From the NCBI GenBank assembly GCA_040772485.1, contig JAXGYC010000010.1, positions 352,001 to 416,000 of the forward strand: a stretch of 64,000 nucleotides of DNA, given 5' to 3'. Positions 1 to 9,217 of the stretch are shown one piece after another; position 1 is the first letter of the stretch, and the number at the start of each line of letters is the position of its first letter. A model generated the notes under the pieces. It saw only the letters and a program-made list of their open reading frames with translations. It searched no databases and was not told the DNA's origin. The position numbers were made by a program, and so were the translations under genes. Origin of the DNA: Sedimentisphaerales bacterium. GTDB lineage: Bacteria > Planctomycetota > Phycisphaerae > Sedimentisphaerales > Anaerobacaceae.

Positions 1-2
1 TC

Positions 3-878
3 ATTGCGCGGTACGGCCTCAGCGAGGTGCGGTTCCTGTACATCCCCGCGCACGCGCGCCGGCCGCAGCCCGCCGACGGCGCCACCGACGTGGAGATCGG
101 CTCGATCCTGAGCTGGAGCAGCGGACGCGAAGCCGCGTCACACGAGGTCTATCTCGGCGCCGATCCGGCAGCTCTCGCGTTGATCGGCACGCCCGAGACC
201 GCCAGCCTGCCACCGGGCGACCTGGCCTTCGGAACGAGCTACTACTGGAGGGTGGACGAGGTCAACGAGGCCGAGGCCATCGGCCTGTGGGAAGGCGATC
301 TCTGGACCTTCACCGTCGAAGAGTACGCAAGCATCGACGATTTCGAGAGCTACAACGACGACGTCGACGCCGGCACGGCGATCTTCGACACCTGGCTCGA
401 CGGCTGGGTGAACAACACCGGCTCGACGGTCGGCTACCTCAATGCCCCCTTCGCCGAGCGGACCATCGTCCACGGCGGCGAGCAGTCGATGCCGCTGGCA
501 TACGACAACTCGGCTTCGCCGTTCTACTCGGAGGCGGAGCGGACCTTCGAGCGGGCCCAGGATTGGACGATCGGCGGGTCCGACCGCCTGCGGCTGTGGT
601 TCCGTGGCGATGCCGAGAACACGCCGCAGACGCTCTACATTACACTGCAAGACAGCGCCGGACACACGGCCACCGTCCGCGGCGCGGACCCGGACGCTGT
701 TGTCACGACCACCTGGCAGGAGTGGCAGATCGCGCTGAGCGAGTTCGGCGGGATCAACCTGGCCAAGGTGGAAAAGATAACCATCGGCGTCGGCAACCGG
801 ACCAGCCCGGCCGCCGGCGGAACCGGCATCGTCTACATTGATGATGTCGGGTTCGGCCGCCCCGCTGCCACGCCATAG
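3..878 (+). CDS. C-terminal part of a large secreted modular protein (fibronectin-like repeat + carbohydrate-binding-like domain), 5'-truncated by window edge
   Basis: Frame is open to the window edge (..IARYGLSEVRFLYIP). It shares the YYWRVDEVN and DDFESY...FDTWLDGWVNNTGSTVGYL.APFAERTIV motifs with 56605..59388 and 60155..63520. Confidence 0.85.
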   Translation: MARYGLSEVRFLYIPAHARRPQPADGATDVEIGSILSWSSGREAASHEVYLGADPAALALIGTPETASLPPGDLAFGTSYYWRVDEVNEAEAIGLWEGDLWTFTVEEYASIDDFESYNDDVDAGTAIFDTWLDGWVNNTGSTVGYLNAPFAERTIVHGGEQSMPLAYDNSASPFYSEAERTFERAQDWTIGGSDRLRLWFRGDAENTPQTLYITLQDSAGHTATVRGADPDAVVTTTWQEWQIALSEFGGINLAKVEKITIGVGNRTSPAAGGTGIVYIDDVGFGRPAATP

Positions 879-913
879 CGATCAGACCGATGGCATTGGC
901 TCTCGCACAGCAC

Positions 914-950
914 GGCGGGCCCTGTCAACACGGCATGGGCCCGCCTTTTT
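914..950 (+). terminator. Rho-independent terminator
   Basis: GGCGGGCCC...GGGCCCGCC stem followed by a T run, 35 nt after the stop at 878. Confidence 0.75.
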
Positions 951-988
951 CTGCGCGTCGCTTTCGCATGCGTGCAATGAGGGACGGA

Positions 989-1031
989 CGTCCACCCAAG
1001 GGTTGACGCCGGGGTGGACGGCGAGTAGCTT
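989..1031 (+). promoter_or_regulatory. Putative sigma70 promoter with an inverted repeat enclosing the -35
   Basis: TTGACG (1003-1008), 17 nt, TAGCTT (1026-1031). CGTCCACCC (989-997) and GGGTGGACG (1012-1020) form an inverted repeat. Confidence 0.4.
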
Positions 1032-1156
1032 GGCGCCATGCTAAGGTCTGCACAGACAGTTGCGGTCGGTTGTGCCCGTTCCATCATGCCGTGGGGCAAC
1101 AATCGTCAGGACGTATTTCTCGTCGACGGCGATCCCTGATTGAGGAGAACCATCCA

Positions 1157-1381
1157 GTGAACATGCTGCGTGTGTGGCCCATTGTGTGCCAGTTCGGCGT
1201 CGGCGGGTTGTTGTGTCTCGTCGGCATCTGGGCGGGCTTTCGAGGCGGATACCTCAACCTGCGGATCGCGGAGGACCGCCGGCTCCTCGTGACACTCGTG
1301 GCCGGGTACCTTATTCTGCTGGCCGCAACGTGCGTCTTCACGTTCCTGTCGCCGCACTGGTCCAACGGAGGGTCCCTATGA
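1157..1381 (+). CDS. Small two-TM membrane protein, probable accessory subunit of the downstream SSS symporter
   Basis: GAGGAG SD before GTG 1157 (ATG 1163 is an alternative start). Two hydrophobic segments. Stop overlaps the next start (ATGA). Confidence 0.7.
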   Translation: MNMLRVWPIVCQFGVGGLLCLVGIWAGFRGGYLNLRIAEDRRLLVTLVAGYLILLAATCVFTFLSPHWSNGGSL

Positions 1382-3213
1382 TCGCACAAGCCATTGGCGG
1401 AACCCTCGACTATGCCGTCATGCTGGCGTATTTCCTGGCCGTGCTCGGGTTCGGCCTGTACTTCGGACGCTACACGGCCAGCACGAAAGACTTCTTCTTC
1501 GGCGGCCAGCGTTTCTCGTGGTGGCTGATCGCCTTTTCGTGCATCGCCACAGTCGTCGGCAGCTACAGCTTCATCAAGTACAGCGAGGTCGGGTTCAAGT
1601 ACGGCATCTCCAGCACGCAGACCTACTTCAACGACTGGTTCTGGATGCCGATCCTCGTGCTCGCCTGGATTCCCATCATCTACTACAAGAAGATCGTCTC
1701 CATTCCCGAGTATCTGGAGGCGCGGTTCGACAAGCGTACGCGCGTGATGGCGACGTTCATCATCCTGCTGTACCTGGTCGGCTACATCGGCATCAACCTC
1801 ATCACGTTGGGCCGGACCATGCACACGCTGCTCGGATGGGAGGTCATGACCGGGGCCACCGTGACAGCGGTGGCGGTCGCCCTCTACGTGTACGTGGGCG
1901 GGCAGACGGCGGTCATCATGACCGATCTGGTGCAGGGACTGATCCTGCTGGGCGCCGGCGTGGGGCTGTTCCTCGGCGCGATCTATCACTTTGGCGGGTT
2001 CGGCGAGTTCTGGGCCCTGTTGCCGACGGAACACAAGTACGCCTTCTCCGACTTCAACGCGCCGCCGAAGTTCAGCTTCATCGGCATCTACGTGCAGGAC
2101 GGGCTGGCCAACACCGGGGCCCTCATGCTGATGCACCAGGGCTTCATCATGCGTTTCCTTTCGCTGCGGAGCGTCAAGGACTCGCGGAGGATGGTGGTCG
2201 CGTGGATTCTGGTCCTGACGCCCCTGGCGGCTGTCGCGACCAGTTGCGGCGGGTGGATCGCCCGGGCCCTGGTCAACAACGGAGAACTGGACACCAACGC
2301 CGAGGATTCGTTCGTCAAGGCGGCCCATTTCCTCTGTGCCCCCGGCGTCTTCGGCTTCGTGCTGGCGGCCTTGACGGCGGCGCTCATGAGCACGGCCGAC
2401 TCGCTGGTCAATGCGGTCAGCGCGATCTTCGTCAACGACATCTGGAGACCCTACGTACGGCCTGGCGCCAGCGACAAGCACCATCTGCTGGTGGCGCGGA
2501 TCACGAGTCTGTGCGCGGCGGGCATGGGCCTGGCCCTGGTCCCGATCTTCATGAAGGGCACCATCTACGAAGCCCACAGCATGTTCACCGCCGCCGTGAC
2601 GCCGCCGGTGCTGATGGCGGTGTTTCTGGGGATTCTCTGGAAGCGGTACACCCCGGTCGCCGGCTTTGCGACCATCGCCGGCGGGAGCATCCTGATCGGC
2701 CTGTCCTTTGTATGGCCCGATGCGCTCGTCGGTCCGTTCGACTTCGGCATGGGTTCGGGAAGTTACTCGTTCATGCGGGCGCTGTTCGGCCTGCTGGCGG
2801 CCGGTGCGATCGGCGTGCTGGTCACCTGGTTTACCAGCCCCCGGCCGCTGAGTGAATTGAAAGGCCTCGTCGCGGGGACTCAGATTGACGCCATGCGCGA
2901 ATTCAAGGGCGGCGAACCCAATCGCCGGCCCGGCGGAAAGGTGCGGCTGGTAGCCAGGATCGACGCCGGCCTCTCGGGCACGAACGCCGTGGTCGTCCCG
3001 CAATCCGCGCTCGACACGATGGCGGCCGAGCCGGGCGACCTGCTGTACGCCAGCGACGTCCACTGGTGGTACGGCGGACTGCGCTCCGTTCACGTCAAGG
3101 CCGGGGCTCCCTCGAATCCGGACGGCGGCGACGCGATGCGCATCAGTCCCGAGGACGCCGCCACAGCCCACTTCGCCGAAGGGCAGTCGGTGGTCGTCGA
3201 GAAGATCATGTGA
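1378..3213 (+). CDS. Sodium:solute symporter (SSS/SLC5) family protein with C-terminal soluble domain
   Basis: Begins LDYAVMLAYF..GLYF..KDFFFGGQ; also SIPEYLEARF, GGQTAVIMTD and AALMSTADS motifs; about 13 TM segments. Confidence 0.9.
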   Translation: MIAQAIGGTLDYAVMLAYFLAVLGFGLYFGRYTASTKDFFFGGQRFSWWLIAFSCIATVVGSYSFIKYSEVGFKYGISSTQTYFNDWFWMPILVLAWIPIIYYKKIVSIPEYLEARFDKRTRVMATFIILLYLVGYIGINLITLGRTMHTLLGWEVMTGATVTAVAVALYVYVGGQTAVIMTDLVQGLILLGAGVGLFLGAIYHFGGFGEFWALLPTEHKYAFSDFNAPPKFSFIGIYVQDGLANTGALMLMHQGFIMRFLSLRSVKDSRRMVVAWILVLTPLAAVATSCGGWIARALVNNGELDTNAEDSFVKAAHFLCAPGVFGFVLAALTAALMSTADSLVNAVSAIFVNDIWRPYVRPGASDKHHLLVARITSLCAAGMGLALVPIFMKGTIYEAHSMFTAAVTPPVLMAVFLGILWKRYTPVAGFATIAGGSILIGLSFVWPDALVGPFDFGMGSGSYSFMRALFGLLAAGAIGVLVTWFTSPRPLSELKGLVAGTQIDAMREFKGGEPNRRPGGKVRLVARIDAGLSGTNAVVVPQSALDTMAAEPGDLLYASDVHWWYGGLRSVHVKAGAPSNPDGGDAMRISPEDAATAHFAEGQSVVVEKIM

Positions 3214-3254
3214 GCCATCGGGCCGCGGGTGACAGAGCACAAGGCACGAGAGTT

Positions 3255-5708
3255 GTGCGAAAGCCAGTTCGATATCTCGTGTGGGGCGTCGCGGCGACGG
3301 CTGTTGTGGCCGGCGCCGGTATGGCCGCCCTGCTCCTGCGTGGGACGGGGGTCGATTCCGAGGCGCTCCTGGCGTCCCTGGCCCGGGCGACGTCGCCGGG
3401 ACGGATCACGATCGAGTATCCGCTGGACGGGACGCTGTTTCCGCCGGAGATCAGCGCCCCGACGCTGCGATGGAAGGACGAGAACGTCCGCGCGAATCTC
3501 TGGCTGGTCACGATTGTGTTTGCCGAGGGCCGCAGCCACATCGACCATTTCGCCACGCAGCAGCAATGGCAGCCGGCAGCGCGGCTCTGGGCACAGATCA
3601 AACGGCGGTCCCTGCAGAGGCCGGCGCTCGTGAGGGTGGTCGGGCTCGATCGCCGCACGCCGGATCAGGCGCTGTCGGTCGGACAAGTCACGATCCAGAC
3701 CTCATCGGACGAGGTCGGAGCCCCACTGTTCTACCGCGAGGTGAACCTGCCCTTCATCGACGCGGTCAAGGACCCGTCCACCATTCGCTGGCGCTTCGGC
3801 CCGGTCTCGGCGACGTCGCCGCCGCCGGTCGTGCTGGAGAACCTGCCGGTGTGCGGGAACTGCCATTCGTTTTCCACGGACGGCGCGACGCTGGGGATGG
3901 ATATCGACTACGCCAACGACAAAGGCTCCTACGCCATCGCGGCGGTTGCCAGATCCATCACGCTCGATGGGAACGCGATCATCACCTGGAGCGATTACAG
4001 GAGGGACGAACGCGAGCCAACGTTCGGGCTGCTCTCCCAGGTCTCGCCCGATGGGCGGTTCGTCGTAAGCACCGTCAAGGACGAGTCGGTCTTTGTGCCC
4101 AAGCCCGGCCTGGATTTCTCGCAGTTGTTCTTCCCGGTCAAGGGAATCCTGTGCGTCTACGACCGGCAGACGGGCACATTCCAGTCGCTGCCGGGGGCCG
4201 ACGACCCGAACCGGGTGCAGAGCAATCCGACGTGGAGCCCTGACGGCAAGCACATCGTCTTTGCTGCCACGCAGGCGTACCGCGTGCGGCGCGCCGGCGA
4301 CGAGCACAAGGTGCTGCTGAGCGCGTCGGATTGCCGCGAATTCCTGGTGGAGGGCAAGCCGTTCCAGTTCGATCTCTACCGCGTCCCGTTCAACGAGGGT
4401 CGCGGCGGGCAGGCCGAGCCGATCGCCGGAGCCTCGTTCAACGGCAAGAGCAACTACTTCCCCCGCTATTCGCCGGACGGCAAGTGGATCGTGTTCTGCC
4501 GGGCGCAGAACTACATGCTGCTCCAGCCGGACAGCGAGCTGTACATCATCCCCGCCGAGGGCGGCCAGGCCCGCCGCTTGCGCGCCAACACCAGGTGCAT
4601 GAACTCCTGGCACAGCTTCTCGCCCAACGGCAAATGGCTCGTCTTCTCGGGCAAGCCCGACTCTCCCTACACGCGGCTGTACCTGACCCATATCGACGAA
4701 CAGGGCGAGAGCACGCCGGCGGTGGTGCTCGACCACCTGACCGCGCCGGATCGCGCCGCCAACATCCCGGAGTTCGTCAAGGCGGATGCCGCCGCGATTC
4801 GACAGATTCGGGAGAAGTTCATCGACGATGTCTCCTACGCGCGGGCCGCATGGGAGTGCTTCAAATCGGACGACCTGGACGGCGCCGAACGCCACGCGAG
4901 AAAGGCCCTGGAGCTGAATCCGAACAGCGGCGAGGCGCTGCACACCCTGGGACTGGCCTTCTTCGCACGCAGGCAGTACAGCGAAGCAATCCGGCACCTG
5001 TCGCAGGCGACCCAGGCCAAGCCCGACGACGGCCGGATCCTGGCCGATCTGGGAGGCGCCTTCGTCGCTGACAATCGGCTCGACGAAGGCATCCGTTATC
5101 TGCATCGGGCGCTGGAGTTGGTGCCGGACGTTCACGAGGCGCACTTCAATCTCGGCGTGGCAGAATCCCGCCGGGGCAACAAGACCGAGGCCATGAAGTG
5201 CTGGCTGCGAACGGTCCAGCTCGATCCCCACAACTACACGGCTCACCACAACCTCGCCGTGCTGCTGGACGAGCAAGGCGAACCGGACCGGGCCCTCGAG
5301 CACTACCGCCAGGCGGCACGGCTCAAACCGGGCGATTGCATGGCGCAGGCCCATTTGGGGATGGCGCTGTGCGCCCGAGGGACTACCGAGGAGGGCTTGA
5401 CGCAGTTGTCCTACGCCGCGAGCCTCGACCCGGCCAACGCCGCTGTCCACTACAAATTGGCCGTCACGCTGGCTGGGCTCCGGCAGCACGAGCAGGCGAT
5501 CACGCACTTCCTCCAGGTCCTGCGGCTGGCCCCGCGCCACACCGATGCGCTGTTGGGGCTGGCGACCAGCTACGCCCAAATCGGTCAGGTGGACAAGGCC
5601 GTCGTCCGCCTGGAGGAGGCCAGACGGATCGCCCAGTCCACCGGTAACCAGGAACTCGTCCAGCGAGTCACCAGGCAGATCGAGTCCTGCCGCCGGCGCG
5701 ACCAGTAG
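3255..5708 (+). CDS. Membrane-anchored TolB/PD40 beta-propeller + TPR-repeat protein
   Basis: N-terminal TM helix, repeated SPDG(K/R) PD40 motifs, C-terminal TPR repeats (A..L.P....A..NLG) and a CGNCH motif. Start is approximate. Confidence 0.85.
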   Translation: MRKPVRYLVWGVAATAVVAGAGMAALLLRGTGVDSEALLASLARATSPGRITIEYPLDGTLFPPEISAPTLRWKDENVRANLWLVTIVFAEGRSHIDHFATQQQWQPAARLWAQIKRRSLQRPALVRVVGLDRRTPDQALSVGQVTIQTSSDEVGAPLFYREVNLPFIDAVKDPSTIRWRFGPVSATSPPPVVLENLPVCGNCHSFSTDGATLGMDIDYANDKGSYAIAAVARSITLDGNAIITWSDYRRDEREPTFGLLSQVSPDGRFVVSTVKDESVFVPKPGLDFSQLFFPVKGILCVYDRQTGTFQSLPGADDPNRVQSNPTWSPDGKHIVFAATQAYRVRRAGDEHKVLLSASDCREFLVEGKPFQFDLYRVPFNEGRGGQAEPIAGASFNGKSNYFPRYSPDGKWIVFCRAQNYMLLQPDSELYIIPAEGGQARRLRANTRCMNSWHSFSPNGKWLVFSGKPDSPYTRLYLTHIDEQGESTPAVVLDHLTAPDRAANIPEFVKADAAAIRQIREKFIDDVSYARAAWECFKSDDLDGAERHARKALELNPNSGEALHTLGLAFFARRQYSEAIRHLSQATQAKPDDGRILADLGGAFVADNRLDEGIRYLHRALELVPDVHEAHFNLGVAESRRGNKTEAMKCWLRTVQLDPHNYTAHHNLAVLLDEQGEPDRALEHYRQAARLKPGDCMAQAHLGMALCARGTTEEGLTQLSYAASLDPANAAVHYKLAVTLAGLRQHEQAITHFLQVLRLAPRHTDALLGLATSYAQIGQVDKAVVRLEEARRIAQSTGNQELVQRVTRQIESCRRRDQ

Positions 5709-5725
5709 AACCGGCGAACCGCGCG

Positions 5726-7459
5726 TCAACGCTTCACTTGGATGGTCCCGTCCTCGGCGATATCCACCTGGGCGGACAAGGTCTTGGCCGACTCGAATGC
5801 GAATTCCTGCTTTCCACGGACGATGACCTTGTCGCGATCGGCGATCAGACCAAGGGGCCGGTCGGGGTCGCGGCGCCGCAGGACGTTGGCCAGCAGGAAA
5901 GCCTTTTCGAGGCCGTCCCCCCTGCCGTAGTTGGCGACCTCGTCGGGCTGGGCGAGGCGGTTGCCGTCGTAGATCGAGACCGGTTCGAGCTGCCCGAGCC
6001 AGGCGTGGACCTCGTCAAGCGGTTTGGAGCCGGCCCGTTCGAGCGAGACCGGGTTGCGTTCGATGGCGGCCTTGACGAATGGGCGCCAGTCACACGTGTC
6101 CATGTCCCGATAGGCGTAGAAGGCCAGGTCGATCGTGGGGTTGCTCTGCCTTCTCGACTGAAGCTGGGCGATGATCTCCTCGCGGCTCTGATCGACCGAC
6201 AGCTTGACAGGCTCGACCGCCTTGAAGCTCTTCTGCCTGCCGGGCAGCCTGGGCCGGATGTGCACGAAGTCGGTCAGCAGCTCCACGAACCGTCCGGCCT
6301 CGGGCACGTGCGGTTCGAGGAAGCGACGCAGGGCCTCGCGTCCGGCCGGCTCTCTCAAGTCCGGCTCGTCTTTCTCGAGGAAATCGCTCAGCCGGTCGCA
6401 GCGGACGCGTCCCGGGATCTCGTGCCGCACGAAATCCTCGTCGGACACCTCGGCCAGGAGTTTGTCGTGGGTGGCATCGCCGATCTTGTACGGGCTGCCA
6501 TGCTCGTAGTGAAAGAGCGTCTCGGCCTTGAGGAACTGCGGCTGGCCGTGACAGTCGCGACAGATCTGGAAATGCTCCTGGTACTGCCGGTGGCAGCGCA
6601 GGAAGCTGGCGAAGCTCGTGATGCTCAGTTCGGTCCGGAGATACTCGCCGATCCGGCCGATGAAGCGGTCGTAGGCTCTCGGGTCGATCGTCGCATCGTC
6701 GTAGAAGCAGTGGATGTACCCGGTTGGGTGGGCAACGATGGTCACCTGCTCGTTGCGCAGGGCGCGCTGCGCCTTGTACGAAATCTCGGTGCCGTTGAAC
6801 CACATCGTCTTGGTGACGAGCCGGCGGTTGTTGGTGAGGATGCCGTCCTGCATGTCGATGAAGTTCTGCGAGTGGAGCGGCGTAAGGATCAGGTAGATGT
6901 CTTCGAGCGGAATGCCGCAGACGATGAACGACGCGGCGGCGTACAGCGTCGCCAGTGACACGCACTCGCCGGCCGCCCGGTCGTAGCCCGGCCGGAAGCG
7001 AAAGGCCTCCATCGCCTCGACCGTCTCGGTCTTCCAGTAGGGAATCACGTCGCCGTCGTACTTGTCGAGCCCGAAATGCTTGCGGATGTCGACGTCGAAG
7101 TAGTACTGATCGCCCGTGTAGCCGAACAGCGCGTTGCTGCCGGCGATCTGCTCGGGACTGATCACGTGCCGGAAGCGGTTGACCTCCGTCTCCTGTTTGG
7201 TCAGGCCCCAGGTCTCCAGGTCGAGGTTGAAGTCGAACTCGTCCATGATGTATTGGCGCATCCGCATCAGCCTGCGGTAGCTGGTCTTGCCTTCGAGCTT
7301 GGCGAAGCAATCGACCTGGCGCCACTTCCACAGCAGCGGGCTCATGATGTTGGCCAGCACGAGACTGTACATCAGCTCCGGGAACACGAACACCTCCATG
7401 TCCGAGAGCGTTATCGCCGACGAGTACTTCTCCAGGTCCTTCGCGTCCATCCGTTCCAT
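5726..7459 (-). CDS. Conserved hypothetical protein, transglutaminase-like fold suspected
   Basis: 577-aa ORF with normal globular composition and GAGG SD. Contains AGECVSL and PLHSQNF motifs. Confidence 0.8.
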   Translation of the reverse strand: MERMDAKDLEKYSSAITLSDMEVFVFPELMYSLVLANIMSPLLWKWRQVDCFAKLEGKTSYRRLMRMRQYIMDEFDFNLDLETWGLTKQETEVNRFRHVISPEQIAGSNALFGYTGDQYYFDVDIRKHFGLDKYDGDVIPYWKTETVEAMEAFRFRPGYDRAAGECVSLATLYAAASFIVCGIPLEDIYLILTPLHSQNFIDMQDGILTNNRRLVTKTMWFNGTEISYKAQRALRNEQVTIVAHPTGYIHCFYDDATIDPRAYDRFIGRIGEYLRTELSITSFASFLRCHRQYQEHFQICRDCHGQPQFLKAETLFHYEHGSPYKIGDATHDKLLAEVSDEDFVRHEIPGRVRCDRLSDFLEKDEPDLREPAGREALRRFLEPHVPEAGRFVELLTDFVHIRPRLPGRQKSFKAVEPVKLSVDQSREEIIAQLQSRRQSNPTIDLAFYAYRDMDTCDWRPFVKAAIERNPVSLERAGSKPLDEVHAWLGQLEPVSIYDGNRLAQPDEVANYGRGDGLEKAFLLANVLRRRDPDRPLGLIADRDKVIVRGKQEFAFESAKTLSAQVDIAEDGTIQVKR

Positions 7460-7620
7460 TCCTCAATCCAAAACCAGCTCTTTCGTCCGCCCTGCCAGCG
7501 ATACGTCCCGCCCGCCGCCGGAGTTTACCAGAAATCGCGACAACCGCAATCCAAACAGTGGAAGGGGCCACGACGGCATCTCTGCAGATTCAAGGCACGG
7601 CCCATTCCAGGCACAGACAG

Positions 7621-7770
7621 GCGTGTGTGGCAGCCTCAAGCTCGAAGAGCGCAGGCGTGGCTCTTCGCATTGGCCACCTTCAGGTGTTCGGGGGACTGCC
7701 AAGATCACCATCCCCCAACGCTGCGCGTTTGAGGCTGCCACACGCATGCCAGGATGTCTTCCCACACCCC
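7621..7770. repeat. Family A inverted-repeat (MITE/REP-like) element, copy 1
   Basis: GTGTGGCAGCCTCAA ... TTGAGGCTGCCACAC arms plus the conserved tail GCATGCCAGGATGT..CACAC; related copies occur elsewhere in the window. Confidence 0.8.
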
Positions 7771-7796
7771 GACGTCCGGCAAAGAGCGAGGACGAT

Positions 7797-8693
7797 TCAA
7801 CTGCCATTCGTACCCGGCCAGTCGGGACGGTGGAGACACACGTCAAAGAGTTCACAGGATTCGCAGTCGGGGCGTGGGCGGCCGGTGCAGTCGTCGAGGA
7901 TGCCGATGCGGGACAGGGCGAAATCGTACTTGACCGGGTCGGCCGGCGCGATGGCGGCGAAACGCTCCGTGACCTGCACGGCGGTGGATTGCGAGATCGT
8001 GTTGCTGTCGTGCAGACCCAGGATGCGACAGAGGCGGGCCATGTGCACGTCGAGCGGCACGATCAGCTTGGCCGCCTTGACGCCCTTCCACAGTCCCGGA
8101 TCGACGTCGTCGGCGCGGACCATCCATCGCAGGAACAGGTGCAGCCTCTTGCTGGCGCTGCCCCGGCTGGGACTGGCCAGCAGGTACATCAACCCCCGGC
8201 TGACCCTGCCAGCGTGCCTGCGGGCATAGGCATCCGTCAGGCGGTCGCAGAATCTCGCCAGCGAGGGCAGAACGTTCGGCTCGCTCGGATCGAAACCCTC
8301 CACGAAGAACGATTCGATGCTTCCGTGCCGGCGAAGCACCGGACGGAGCAACTCCAGCAGGTCGCCCACATCCTCGGCGGTCGTGAAGCGGTGCTTGAAG
8401 CCGGCCAGGCGAGACCGACGCGACGGCGTGAAACTCATCACGAAATCGTATGGCCCGCAATCCATGCGTGCGAACAGATCGTTCAGACTTCGCTGGATCT
8501 GCTGCACGCGGCCGTAGGCCAGGGCCGCCGCGAGGAAGGAGGCGACCTCCGCATCCTGCGGCCGGTCGAACCGATAGGCGAATTGAAGCGGGTCGGCGCC
8601 GATGAGCCGGCGATGGTTGTACCGTGCATGGACCCGTTCGAGGATTTCCGCCAGAACCTCAGCCCGTGGAGGCGACGCGAGCGAGACGCTCAT
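7797..8693 (-). CDS. TIGR02757/DUF2400 family protein (HhH-GPD-like)
   Basis: DPLQF, LAYGRV, KRLHLFLRWMVR, PLDVH and DPVKYDFAL motifs; C-terminal Cys cluster. Confidence 0.85.
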   Translation of the reverse strand: MSVSLASPPRAEVLAEILERVHARYNHRRLIGADPLQFAYRFDRPQDAEVASFLAAALAYGRVQQIQRSLNDLFARMDCGPYDFVMSFTPSRRSRLAGFKHRFTTAEDVGDLLELLRPVLRRHGSIESFFVEGFDPSEPNVLPSLARFCDRLTDAYARRHAGRVSRGLMYLLASPSRGSASKRLHLFLRWMVRADDVDPGLWKGVKAAKLIVPLDVHMARLCRILGLHDSNTISQSTAVQVTERFAAIAPADPVKYDFALSRIGILDDCTGRPRPDCESCELFDVCLHRPDWPGTNGS

Positions 8694-9217
8694 TCGGCCC
8701 TCTGCGGCATCTTCTTGCGTGGGATGTCGCCCGCGAAGCGGCACTCGATTTCGCCGGTCTGCGTGTTGAACCGGACGCGCCGGCCGCGTGTGCCGCCGAC
8801 CTCCTGGCGGACGACGCGGATGCCTGCGGCCTTCAGGACCTCCAGGGCCGCCGCGACATTGCCCTGCCCGATGCTCCCGTCGGCATTCGGGGTCTTCAGG
8901 ACCGCCGCGCCGCCGAAGATGCTGGCCTGATAGTGGCGCGGCTCGGCGTCGATCTTCAGCATGGCGTTGACGATCTGTCGGGTCGCGCTGGTCCCATAGG
9001 TACCGATCTCCGGGTCGGAAGCGTCCCTGGGCCGGTCTCGAAGGAAGTGATTCATCGCTCCGAACCCCTCCTTGGCGTTGTACAGACAGACGGTGACGCA
9101 GGAGCCGACGAGGGTTTCGGTCATCACGGGCCGGCGGGACGCGTAGAACTGGCCCGGCCGGAGGAATTTTCGCATCAATGCAGTCACAGGTCTTGCAACG
9201 CCCCCAGAGAAGATCAC
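8690..9217 (-). CDS. cheD: CheD-family glutamine deamidase
   Basis: L.PGQ, TLVGSCVTVC, MNHFL, YG, IFGGA, IGQGN and EVGG.RGR motifs. Confidence 0.85.
   Translation of the reverse strand: MIFSGGVARPVTALMRKFLRPGQFYASRRPVMTETLVGSCVTVCLYNAKEGFGAMNHFLRDRPRDASDPEIGTYGTSATRQIVNAMLKIDAEPRHYQASIFGGAAVLKTPNADGSIGQGNVAAALEVLKAAGIRVVRQEVGGTRGRRVRFNTQTGEIECRFAGDIPRKKMPQRAE

Noticed and set aside
1084..3240. Long antisense ORFs (also 3702-5729, 25964-28420, 30723-33008, 40412-42817, 60026-61990)
   Set aside because: Shadow ORFs opposite well-supported genes, as expected in high-GC DNA; no recognisable motifs.
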